Shown: positions 16,987 to 25,512 of the stretch, one piece after another
Position numbering within the stretch: position 1 is the first letter of the stretch
Layout: each line of letters begins with the position of its first letter
NCBI GenBank assembly: GCA_005776475.1
Contig: SXPB01000020.1
Coordinates: 1-63,611, forward strand
DNA length: 63,611 nucleotides
Reading direction: 5' to 3'
Origin: Planctomycetia bacterium
Lineage (GTDB): Bacteria > Planctomycetota > UBA1135 > UBA2386
The notes under the pieces: model-generated
The model's database searches: none
What the model saw: only the letters and a program-made list of their open reading frames with translations
What the model was told of the DNA's origin: nothing
Position numbers and translations under genes: made by a program

Positions 16987-17919
16987 TCAGCCGCGGAAGA
17001 TGTGGCGCGCTTCCGGCGTTTGCCCGCGCAGGATTGCTTTGACGTTGCGGGCCGTGTCGACGCACATCGCCCGGTAGGTCAGCGCGGTCAGCGAAGCATT
17101 GTGGGGCGTCAGCAGGACGCGTTCGCTGCGCAGCAGCGGGTCGTCGGCGGCCGGCGGTTCCTGTTCGAGCACGTCGGCGGCAAAACCGGCGAGCTTGCCG
17201 GCAGCCAGCGCTGTGCGCAGTGCAGTGCCGTCGAGGAGTGCGCCCCGCGCCGTGTTGACCAGGAACGCGGTCGGCTTCATCGCCGCGAGTTCGTTCGTCC
17301 CGAGCAGGCCCTTCGTCTGCGGCGTCAGCGGCAGGTGCAGCGTCACCACGTCGGCGGTGCGCAGCAGTTCGGGCAACGCCGTGGCCTGGTACGGGGCGGG
17401 AACGGGCTGGTTGCGATGCGCGAGCACCAGCACGCGCATGCCGAAGGCGTCGGCGAGTCTGGCGACGCGCTGGCCGATCGCGCCGAAGCCGAGCACGCCG
17501 AGCGTGAGGCCGCGGATCTCGTTGCCTTGGTAGAACGCGCGGTCCTCCCAGCGACCGGCGGCGACCTGGTTCGCACAGCGCGTGATGCCGCGCACGAGAT
17601 CGAGGATCAGGGCGAGCGTGTGTTCGGCCACCGTCAGCGAGTTGCCGCCCGGCGCGAACACCACCGGAATGCCGCGCCGCGCCGCAGCTGCAGTGTCGAG
17701 GTTGTCGAGGCCGACGCCGGCGCGGGCCACCGCTTGCAGTTGGGGGCAGCGCGTCAGCAACGCATCGGGAATGCGGCCGCGGCCCCGCGTCAGGATCGCG
17801 CGCACGGCGGCGAAGTCGCAGTCGGGTGCATTCGGATCCTTGGCCCGCACCAGCGTGCCGGCTTCGGCGAGCAGCGCCTCGGCGTCGGGATGCAGCGACT
17901 CGAGCAGCAGGATCGTCAT
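16987..17919 (-). CDS. D-isomer-specific 2-hydroxyacid dehydrogenase (NAD-binding)
   Basis: This is the C-terminal 310 aa of ORF 16987-18444, starting at ATG 17919 (MTILLLESL). The Rossmann motif is GVLGFGAIGQRVA. NTARGALLD and LLTPHNAS are the catalytic R/E/H context. The start overlaps the upstream stop (ATGA). Confidence 0.75.
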   Translation of the reverse strand: MTILLLESLHPDAEALLAEAGTLVRAKDPNAPDCDFAAVRAILTRGRGRIPDALLTRCPQLQAVARAGVGLDNLDTAAAARRGIPVVFAPGGNSLTVAEHTLALILDLVRGITRCANQVAAGRWEDRAFYQGNEIRGLTLGVLGFGAIGQRVARLADAFGMRVLVLAHRNQPVPAPYQATALPELLRTADVVTLHLPLTPQTKGLLGTNELAAMKPTAFLVNTARGALLDGTALRTALAAGKLAGFAADVLEQEPPAADDPLLRSERVLLTPHNASLTALTYRAMCVDTARNVKAILRGQTPEARHIFRG

Positions 17920-18386
17920 GGCGACTCGTGCCGACCGACGGCCGCCCCAGGCGCCATGCGGTACATGCCAGGCTTGGGTTCGACGAGGGCGTCGTGGAAC
18001 AGGGCCGGATCGATCTGCGCATCGCGCGCACTGCCGATTTCGACCAGGTTGCCGGACGGATCGCGCAAGAACATCTGCATCGCGCCGGACGGCAGCTGGC
18101 GCACGCGGCCCCACGGGTTCTGGTCGATCACGCCGGCCTGTTTGGCGCGGTGGAACACCGCCGTGAAATCGGGCGCCAGGATGCAGAAGTGGCCGCGGAA
18201 CTGGTGGCTGTCCGCGATCTCGTTCATGTGGATCTGCTGGTTGCTGCCGATGCGGAAGAACTGCGACCGGAAGCCCTGGTCCGGGGTCGGTTCGAGCGGC
18301 AGGCCGACGATGTCGCGGTAGAACGTGACCGCCGCGTCCAGGTCGTCGACGTTGACGTTGATGTGGTGCAGGTGGAAGTCGTTCAC
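17916..18386 (-). CDS. Glyoxalase/bleomycin-resistance/dioxygenase (VOC) family protein
   Basis: This is the C-terminal 156 aa of ORF 17916-19124. GTG 18386 is the first start after the upstream stop at 18395-18397. VNDFHLHHINVNVDDLDAAVTFYRDIVGL and GNLVEI are typical VOC strands. Confidence 0.6.
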   Translation of the reverse strand: MNDFHLHHINVNVDDLDAAVTFYRDIVGLPLEPTPDQGFRSQFFRIGSNQQIHMNEIADSHQFRGHFCILAPDFTAVFHRAKQAGVIDQNPWGRVRQLPSGAMQMFLRDPSGNLVEIGSARDAQIDPALFHDALVEPKPGMYRMAPGAAVGRHESP

Positions 18387-18394
18387 GGCAAAGC

Positions 18395-19558
18395 TCAGGA
18401 CATGGTCCAGCGGCGCACGAAGTCGGGATCGGGGGTGACGCCAAACCCGAGGCCCGTCGGCGGCAACAGCATGCCGTCGTGCAGGGAGAGATCGATGTGG
18501 GCCATCTCGCGCAGCAGCGGGGCGCCGCCCATCGGCACTTCGACCAGCGTGCCGGCCGGACTCGCGCACGCCAGCGTGCGGCCCGCCTGGAACGTGATCG
18601 CCGAACCCCAGCAATGCGGTGCGAGTTCGAGCCGGTGCGCGTAGGCGAGGGCGGCGATGCGCAGGCCTTCGCTGAGGCCGCCGGCGATGGCGAGGTCGGG
18701 CTGCAGCACGTCGATGGCGCGCCGTTCGAGCAGTTCGGCGAAGTCGAAGGCGGTGAAGTCGCTCTCGCCAGCAGCGATCGGCACCGGGCTCGCGCGCCGC
18801 ACTTCGGCCAGGCCCTGGCGGTCGTCGGAAGCGACCGGTTCTTCGACGAACCGCAGGCCGAGCGCGCCGGCGCTGGCGCAGAAGCGCTTGGCCTCGGCGA
18901 CGTTCATCGTGCCGTGCGCATCGACCATCAATTCGACGTTCGGGCCGATCGCGGCGCGCGCCGCCGCCACGCGGGCGAGGCTGGTGTCGATGTGGCCGTC
19001 CATCGCGCCGATGCGCATCTTGATCGCGCGAAAACCATGCTGCGTGTAGCGACCGAGTTCGGCGCCGATCGACGCCGCATCGGCCCAGCCGCCGCTGGCA
19101 TAGGCCAGCACGCGATCGCGGCACGGGCCACCGAGCAGTTCGAGCACCGAGCAGCCGCGCGCCTTCGCCGCCAGGTCCCAGAGGGCGAGGTCGACGCCGC
19201 TCATCGCCGCGATGTGGATGCCGCGGCGGCCGAGCACGGGCATCGCGCGGCCCGAACGTTCGGCGAGCGCGCTGCGGGTGCCGTTGTACATGCGCGACCA
19301 GGCCCGGCCGATGTGGCGCGGATCCTGGCCGACCAGCAGCGGCCGCAGTTCGTGTTCGATGATCGCGACGAGCGCCCGCCCGTTGCCGGCGCTGCCGACC
19401 GCGGGCTTCGCTTCGCCGTAGCCGACCAGGCCGTCGTCAGTCGTGATGGTGACGAGCACCGCATCGAATGCGGCGATACGGCCGAAGTCGGAGACGTGCT
19501 GCTTGGTTGCTTCGAGCGGGCAGTGCATCCACGCAGCGTCGACGGAGCGGATCTTCAC
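18395..19558 (-). CDS. Enolase-superfamily enzyme (mandelate racemase/muconate lactonizing family, probable acid-sugar dehydratase)
   Basis: 387 aa. Capping domain: LVTITTDDGLVGYGEA. Barrel metal-ligand contexts are KMRIGA, VDAHGT, FVEEP and AAGES. ..DVLQPD.. is also present. Confidence 0.7.
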   Translation of the reverse strand: MKIRSVDAAWMHCPLEATKQHVSDFGRIAAFDAVLVTITTDDGLVGYGEAKPAVGSAGNGRALVAIIEHELRPLLVGQDPRHIGRAWSRMYNGTRSALAERSGRAMPVLGRRGIHIAAMSGVDLALWDLAAKARGCSVLELLGGPCRDRVLAYASGGWADAASIGAELGRYTQHGFRAIKMRIGAMDGHIDTSLARVAAARAAIGPNVELMVDAHGTMNVAEAKRFCASAGALGLRFVEEPVASDDRQGLAEVRRASPVPIAAGESDFTAFDFAELLERRAIDVLQPDLAIAGGLSEGLRIAALAYAHRLELAPHCWGSAITFQAGRTLACASPAGTLVEVPMGGAPLLREMAHIDLSLHDGMLLPPTGLGFGVTPDPDFVRRWTMS

Positions 19559-19565
19559 GCGGGCC

Positions 19566-20453
19566 TCAGCGGATCAGGGGCAACAGGGTGTTCGCAGCCG
19601 TCTCGAACAGCATGGTGTAGAAGGCCTCGCTGAGCAGCGAGCCACCGTGGTCCTCGATGAACTTGCGTTGCTCGGGCGAGGTGTTGGCCGGGTTCTTCTC
19701 GACCTGGTTCGGCCATGGTGACACCGGCGTGCGGTCGACGGGCGCCACCGCCTCCATCGTCAGCGCGCCCGGGTAGCCGACTTCGCGCAAGGTCGCGACG
19801 AACTTGCGCCAGTCGACGTTGCCCATGCCCGGGGCCATGCGGTTGTTCTCGGCGACGTGCACGTCGACGAGGCGTTTGCCGACCTTGCGGATCGCGTCAT
19901 GCATGTCCACGTCCTCGATGTTCATGTGGAACACGTCGAGGCAGACCCCGCAGTCGGGGCCGACGTCTTCGGCGAGCCGCAGCGCCTGGTCGGCACGGTT
20001 CAGGAAGTACGTCTCGAAGCGGTTGAGCGGTTCGAGGGCGAGGCGAACGCCGCACGGTTTGGCGTGCGCATAGATCTCCTTCAGGCCCTGTACGACCCAC
20101 TTCCACTCCTGCTCCGGAGTGCTGTCGGGGACGATCTTGCCGACCGTCGCCGGCACGATCGAAATCTCGGTGCCTTCGAGTTCCTTCACCATCGTCACGA
20201 CCGACTTCATGTAGTCGATGGTGCGCGCGCGCAGGGCTTCGTCGCCGGCGGCGAGGTTGCGTCCGGCGACCATGATCGTCACCGAGCCCCAGCAACGGAT
20301 GCCGTACTGCTTGAGCAGCGCGCGCGCCGTCTTGGTGTCGTACTGGGTCGGTTCGCCGCTGATCTCGATGCTCTCGTAGCCGAGGCGCTTGATCCGGCGC
20401 AGCGTGACCTCGAGCGGTTCGGCGCGCATCCAGTTGTGGGTGGAGAGGTGCAT
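19566..20453 (-). CDS. Xylose-isomerase-like TIM-barrel protein, ketose 3-epimerase (D-tagatose/D-psicose 3-epimerase)-like
   Basis: 295 aa. ALEPLNRFETYFLN, CLDVFHMNIED and VHVAENNRMAPGMGNVDW match the E/D/H/E metal-site pattern of the DTE/DPE family. Confidence 0.55.
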   Translation of the reverse strand: MHLSTHNWMRAEPLEVTLRRIKRLGYESIEISGEPTQYDTKTARALLKQYGIRCWGSVTIMVAGRNLAAGDEALRARTIDYMKSVVTMVKELEGTEISIVPATVGKIVPDSTPEQEWKWVVQGLKEIYAHAKPCGVRLALEPLNRFETYFLNRADQALRLAEDVGPDCGVCLDVFHMNIEDVDMHDAIRKVGKRLVDVHVAENNRMAPGMGNVDWRKFVATLREVGYPGALTMEAVAPVDRTPVSPWPNQVEKNPANTSPEQRKFIEDHGGSLLSEAFYTMLFETAANTLLPLIR

Positions 20454-20587
20454 GGGGTTGCCGTCCTAGGGGCTGCGCGTGGCTTTCGAGGTGTCGCAGA
20501 CTACCGCGCCAGCCGTGCGTGGAGTGCTTCCGGTCGGAATCCGATACCACCTACCCGCGCGCGTGGCGCGCTGTCTATGGTGCGCCG

Positions 20588-22963
20588 ATGCGAGTGTTGT
20601 CAGCGGCATCGCGTGCGTTGATCTCGGCGGTTGTGGCCGGCGCGTGGTTGGCTCTGGGTTGCGTGGGCGGTTGCAGTGGTGGTGGCGCCGTCGCTGGCCC
20701 GGCGACGCCTCCCGTGGTCGCCGGCCTCGCCGCTTCGGGACTCGATGCGCGCAGCCGTGGTCTCGTGTTGCTCGACGAACTCGGCTGCGTTGCCTGCCAT
20801 GCGCCGACGGGAACTCCGGTGGCGCCGCCCGCCGTGGCGCCCGGCCCCGATCTCGTCACCGTCGGCAATCGCGTGCGCCCGCAGCATCTTGCGCACTTCC
20901 TCGCCGACCCAGGCCACACCGAGCCGGGCACCACGATGCCCGCCCTGCTCGGCGACCTCGGTGACGCTGCCCGTGCGGTCGCGGCAGGGCAGCTGGCGGC
21001 ATACGTGCGCTCGTTCGCGCCGCCCGCTGCCGAGCCCGTCGCCGAACCTGGGGATGCCAGGGCGGTGGCGCGTGGCAAGGAGCTGTTCGACGCGATCGGG
21101 TGCTCGATGTGCCACGCTCCGCGCGACGACCGTGGCGCCGAGTTGCCCGTCGCTGCGTCGGTGCCGATGGCGCCGCTGGCGGCGAAGTACTCCTTGCCGG
21201 CGCTGCGAACGTTCCTGCTGGCGCCGCTGGCGGCGAGGCCGCACGGGCGCATGCCCGACCTCGGGCTCGCTCCGGGCGAAGCGCTCGACCTGGCGCACTT
21301 CCTGTTGGCGGCGCCGCCAACCGACAAGCCGGCCGACGCGCCAATGGCGATGTCCGAAGCGAACGTGGCGGCCGGCCGCGCCCTGTTCGCCGAACGCGGC
21401 TGTGCGCACTGCCATGCCTTGCCGGATGCGGAGCGGCCGGTCAGCCGAACGCACAAGCCCCTGCGAGAACTCGATGCCGCGCGCGGTTGTCTGACGGGCA
21501 CGAAGGGCCCGTGGCCCGGCTATTCGCTGTCGACCCAACAACGCAGCGACGTGGCGAGCGCGCTCGCCACGCTGGCGGCGCCACTGGACGACGAGGTCCG
21601 CATCCGCCAGCAGCTCGCCGCCCGCAACTGCATCGCGTGCCACGCCCGCGACGACTTCGGCGGCATCAGCCAGGCCCGCAATCGCCTGTGCACCAGCAAC
21701 GACCCGAGCATCGGCCACGAGAGTCGGTTGCCGCCGCGGTTGACGGGAGTCGGCGCCAAGCTGCAGCGCAGCTGGCTGCACGCTGCGATCGCGCACGGCC
21801 AGCGCGAGCGTCCGTACCTGAACCTGCGCATGCCCGCGTTCGGCGCCGCGTTCGCCGAAGGCCTGACGGAGTTGCTGGCGCGCACCGACTCGTTGCCGCC
21901 GTTCGCCCTGGCGCCGTTGCCCGAAGACGACAAGGCCCGTCGCGCGGTCACCGACCTCGGCCGCACGCTGGTAGGGGACAAAGGCATGAACTGCATCGCC
22001 TGCCACACCTTCGCCGGCCAACAATCAGGTTCGCTCGGCGCGATCGATCTCGTCGCCTCCACCGGGCAGCGGCTGCAGCCGCAGTGGTTCGCGCACTTCC
22101 TGCGCACGCCGCTTCGCTTCAGCCCGAACACGGTGATGCCGCAGTTCTTTCCCGACGGCAAGACGACGCGGCCCGAACTCGGCGGCGGCTCGACGCAGGG
22201 CCAGATCGAAGCGATGTGGCACTACCTCGCCGAAGGTCGCAACGTCGGCCAACCGAGCGGCATGCGCCGACCGCCGATCGAGTTGACGGTCGGTGACGAA
22301 GCGGTGCTGCTGCGGCGCAGTGTGCAGAACACGGGCAAGCGTGGCATCAGCGTGGGACTGCCGCGCGGCGTCAACCTCACGTTCGATGCGGAGCGGCTCG
22401 CCATGAACCAGATCTGGTGGGGCCCGTTCGTCGATGCTGCGGGCGTGTGGACGTCGCAAGGCCACGGCCAGGCACGCATTCTCGGCAAGGAACGCGTCGC
22501 ACTGCCGGTGGAGCCCGCCGTGGCGCTGCTGGCGGCGCCGGACGCGGCGTGGCCCGGTGCGACCCGCCGCGAACTCGACCAACGCTGGCTCGGCTACGAC
22601 CTCGATGCGCAGCAGCGGCCGACGTTCCGCTACACGTGCGGAGACGTGACGATCGAGGATGGCGTGCGCGAAGTGGTCGCCGAGGGCGCCGCCGAGGGCG
22701 CGCGCCCACACCTGCGCCGGACGCTGCGGTGCAGTGGGCCGGGGACGACGACGCTGACGTTCCTGGCGGCGCGCGATGCCCATGTGGAACAGCTCGGCCC
22801 TGACCTCGTGCAGGTGGGGGCCACGCTGCGCCTGCGGTTGCCGGCCGGCACGTTCCGCATCCACTCCGCTGGCGACGCCCGCGAACTGCGGATCGCCATT
22901 GCTCGCCCCGAGGGTCGCGGGGAACTCACCGTGGAGTACCAGTTCGTGGAGGGCGGCAAGTGA
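20588..22963 (+). CDS. Lipoprotein-like protein with five c-type cytochrome (CxxCH) domains plus a ~300-aa C-terminal beta domain (PVC-type)
   Basis: In ORF 20519-22963. ATG 20588 gives MRVLSAASRALISAVVAGAWLALGCVGGC (lipobox-like LGC). Heme motifs are CVACH, CSMCH, CAHCH, CIACH and CIACH. Confidence 0.65.
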   Translation: MRVLSAASRALISAVVAGAWLALGCVGGCSGGGAVAGPATPPVVAGLAASGLDARSRGLVLLDELGCVACHAPTGTPVAPPAVAPGPDLVTVGNRVRPQHLAHFLADPGHTEPGTTMPALLGDLGDAARAVAAGQLAAYVRSFAPPAAEPVAEPGDARAVARGKELFDAIGCSMCHAPRDDRGAELPVAASVPMAPLAAKYSLPALRTFLLAPLAARPHGRMPDLGLAPGEALDLAHFLLAAPPTDKPADAPMAMSEANVAAGRALFAERGCAHCHALPDAERPVSRTHKPLRELDAARGCLTGTKGPWPGYSLSTQQRSDVASALATLAAPLDDEVRIRQQLAARNCIACHARDDFGGISQARNRLCTSNDPSIGHESRLPPRLTGVGAKLQRSWLHAAIAHGQRERPYLNLRMPAFGAAFAEGLTELLARTDSLPPFALAPLPEDDKARRAVTDLGRTLVGDKGMNCIACHTFAGQQSGSLGAIDLVASTGQRLQPQWFAHFLRTPLRFSPNTVMPQFFPDGKTTRPELGGGSTQGQIEAMWHYLAEGRNVGQPSGMRRPPIELTVGDEAVLLRRSVQNTGKRGISVGLPRGVNLTFDAERLAMNQIWWGPFVDAAGVWTSQGHGQARILGKERVALPVEPAVALLAAPDAAWPGATRRELDQRWLGYDLDAQQRPTFRYTCGDVTIEDGVREVVAEGAAEGARPHLRRTLRCSGPGTTTLTFLAARDAHVEQLGPDLVQVGATLRLRLPAGTFRIHSAGDARELRIAIARPEGRGELTVEYQFVEGGK

Positions 22964-24453
22964 ACTCCACGTCGATCCGCAACCGTTTGCTCGCCACCGT
23001 CCTGCTCGGCGCTGTGGGTCCTGCGCAAGAACTCGGCGACGCCTGGGGCACCGCCGGCGCCGAAGCCGCCTACTACCGCATCGTCGAACTGCCCGTGCCG
23101 CGCGAGCTCGCGCTCGAAGCCGGCAGCTTCTGCATGCTGCCCGACGGGCGCCTCGCGATCGGCACGCGCCGCGGCGAGATCCTGCTGGTGGACGGCGCGT
23201 TCGACGAACGGCCCGAATTGCGCATCACCACGTTCGCCCGCGGCCTCGACGAAGTGCTGGGTCTGGGGCAGCGCGACGGCGCGCTCTACGCAACGCAGCA
23301 GGCCGAACTCACGCGCATCACCGATCGCGATGGCGATGGCCGGGCGGACCGCTTCGAGAACCTGAGCGATGCCTGGGGCTTTGGCCACTACCACGAATTC
23401 GCATGGGGCTCGCCGGTGGCCGCGGACGGCAGCGTGCACGTCGTGCTCGGGCTGTCGGACTCGTACCACTACAAGGCGCCGTTCCGTGGCTGGGCCTTCC
23501 AGATCACCGCGGATGGCAGGTCGATCCCGATCGCCAGCGGCATTCGCAGCGCCGGCGGGGTGGCGCCGAACGAGAGTGGGGCGATGTTCTATGTGGAGAG
23601 CCAGGGGCCGTGGAACGGATCGTGCTCGCTCAAGCATCTGAAGCCCGGCGGCTTCATGGGCCATCCGATCAGCTATGCGGCCTACGACCTGCCGCTCGCA
23701 GCCGGCATGGGCGGCAAGCCCACGCAACCGAACACGCCGTCGCGCCTCGTCACCGAGTGCGCGCGCGTCGAGCAGCTGGTTCCGTACGCGGTGGTGTTCC
23801 CGTACCGGCGCATGGGCCAGTCGATCACCACGCTCCGCGTCGATCGCAGCGAGGGCCGCTTCGGGCCGTTCGCCGGCCAGCTCTTCCTCGGGGACTACAG
23901 CCTCAGCCTGGTGATGCGGGCAACGACCGAACTCATCGACGGCGTCTGGCAAGGCGCCTGCTATCCGTTCCGCGAAGGCTTCGGCAACGGCATCCTGGCG
24001 GTCGAGTTTTCGCCGCGCGGGTCGCTGATCACCGGCGGCACCAATCGTGGTTGGCCCGTGCGCGGCAACAAGCAGTTCGTGCTCGAACGCCTGGATTGGA
24101 CCGGGCGCACGCCGTTCGAGATCCAACGCATCCGCATCCAGCCGGATGGCTTCGCGATCGACTTCACGCAGCCGGTCGATCGGGCGGTGGCCGCGGTGCC
24201 GGCGAACTACCGGCTCGGCAGCTTCACGCACATCTACCACGAACACTACGGCAGCCCCGAGGTCGACCGCACGGTGCCGCGAGTCAATGCGGCCGTGCCG
24301 GGCGCCGACGGCCGCAGCGTGCGGCTCGTCGTCGATGGCATGGTGCTCGGGCACGTGCACGAGTTCGATCTCGCCGCGGTGCGCTCCGCCGATGGGGCGC
24401 CGCTGCTGCACGTGCACGCCTTCTACACCGTGAACCGGATCCCCAGACCATGA
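22960..24453 (+). CDS. Heme-less beta-propeller protein related to PVC membrane-bound dehydrogenase domain proteins
   Basis: A GTG start overlaps the upstream stop (GTGA). Motifs are LPDGRLAIGTRRGEILLV, DRDGDGRADRFENL and GPWNGSCSLKHLKPGGFMGHP. This domain commonly follows multi-cytochrome genes in PVC genomes. Confidence 0.45.
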   Translation: MNSTSIRNRLLATVLLGAVGPAQELGDAWGTAGAEAAYYRIVELPVPRELALEAGSFCMLPDGRLAIGTRRGEILLVDGAFDERPELRITTFARGLDEVLGLGQRDGALYATQQAELTRITDRDGDGRADRFENLSDAWGFGHYHEFAWGSPVAADGSVHVVLGLSDSYHYKAPFRGWAFQITADGRSIPIASGIRSAGGVAPNESGAMFYVESQGPWNGSCSLKHLKPGGFMGHPISYAAYDLPLAAGMGGKPTQPNTPSRLVTECARVEQLVPYAVVFPYRRMGQSITTLRVDRSEGRFGPFAGQLFLGDYSLSLVMRATTELIDGVWQGACYPFREGFGNGILAVEFSPRGSLITGGTNRGWPVRGNKQFVLERLDWTGRTPFEIQRIRIQPDGFAIDFTQPVDRAVAAVPANYRLGSFTHIYHEHYGSPEVDRTVPRVNAAVPGADGRSVRLVVDGMVLGHVHEFDLAAVRSADGAPLLHVHAFYTVNRIPRP

Positions 24454-25499
24454 ACGCCATGCGCGCCCTGTTCCGCTTCGTCTTGCCGGTGTCCGCAGTC
24501 CTGCTCGGGGCGTGTGCGTCGCCACCGCCGCCGCCGCCGCATCCGGTGGCCGACGATGCGCGCTGGCTCACGTATGCCGGTGGCTCGGGCCCGGGCGCTG
24601 GCAAGCACATCGTGCTCGTCGCGGCCGAACAGGAGTACCGCGCGGAGCAGTCGATGCCGATGCTGGCGCGGGTCCTCTCGACGCACCATGGGTTCCACTG
24701 CACGGTGCTGTTCGTGCAGCACAACGGACTCGTCGATCCGACGCAGAAGACGCGCCAGGAAGACCGCACGATCGTGCACGACATCCCGGGCCTCGAACAC
24801 CTCGCGAAGGCCGACCTGCTGATCCTGTTCACGCGGTTCATGACGTTGGCCCCGACGCAGCTCGCGCACATCCTCGAGTACCTCGATTCCGGCAAGCCCA
24901 TCTTCGCGCTGCGCACCGCGAACCACGGCTTCCTCGGCGAGTTCCCCTACCAGGTCAACGGCAAGCGGGTGCGCTTTGGCGAGGACGTGCTCGGCGGCAC
25001 CTTCCTCGGCCACCACGGCAATTGGCACGCGGACAGCACGCGCGGGATCCTGGTGCCGGAGCAGCTCGGCCATCCGATCCTGCGCGGCGTGACCGACGTG
25101 TGGGGCCCGTCCGACGTCTACCGCACCTTCAAGGAAGGCAGCAGCTTGCCCGCGGGCTGCACGGCGCTCGTGCTCGGCCAACCGCTGCTCGGCCGCAAGC
25201 ACGGCGATGCTCCCAACACCGCGAAGGAGCCGCTGCCGGTGGCATGGACCAAGACGTGGACCGGCAACAAGGGCATCCCGGCGCGCGTCTTCCACTGCAC
25301 GATGGGCAGCGGGGCCGACTTCGAGAGCGAAGGCGTGCGGCGGCTCGCGGTGAACGCGGCCTACTGGTGCATGGGGATCGAAGATCGCATCACTGCCGAT
25401 CGCAGCGTCGCCTGCGTCGGTCCGTACGTGCCGCTCGACACCGGCTTCAATCATGCGGAGCTCGGTGTGGTGCCGAAGCCCGTCGCCGCCTACCGCTGA
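24450..25499 (+). CDS. ThuA-like (class I glutamine-amidotransferase-fold) lipoprotein
   Basis: In frame within ORF 22776-25499. ATG 24450 overlaps the upstream stop (ATGA). The lipobox is VLLGAC. KHIVLVAAEQEYRAEQSMPMLA, DLLILFTRFMTL and GKPIFALRTANHGF fit the ThuA pattern. Confidence 0.6.
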   Translation: MNAMRALFRFVLPVSAVLLGACASPPPPPPHPVADDARWLTYAGGSGPGAGKHIVLVAAEQEYRAEQSMPMLARVLSTHHGFHCTVLFVQHNGLVDPTQKTRQEDRTIVHDIPGLEHLAKADLLILFTRFMTLAPTQLAHILEYLDSGKPIFALRTANHGFLGEFPYQVNGKRVRFGEDVLGGTFLGHHGNWHADSTRGILVPEQLGHPILRGVTDVWGPSDVYRTFKEGSSLPAGCTALVLGQPLLGRKHGDAPNTAKEPLPVAWTKTWTGNKGIPARVFHCTMGSGADFESEGVRRLAVNAAYWCMGIEDRITADRSVACVGPYVPLDTGFNHAELGVVPKPVAAYR

Positions 25500-25512
25500 A
25501 CCCAACGCCGCC

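Noticed and set aside
15698-18031. 777-aa minus-strand ORF overlapping larA-like, dehydrogenase and VOC genes in another frame
   Set aside because: It is an Arg/Pro/Ala-rich nonsense translation. The alternative frames give textbook LarA, 2-hydroxyacid dehydrogenase and VOC motifs.
24525-24539. (CCG)5 microsatellite
   Set aside because: It simply encodes the PPPPP linker after the lipobox of the ThuA-like lipoprotein. It is too short to be a meaningful repeat locus.
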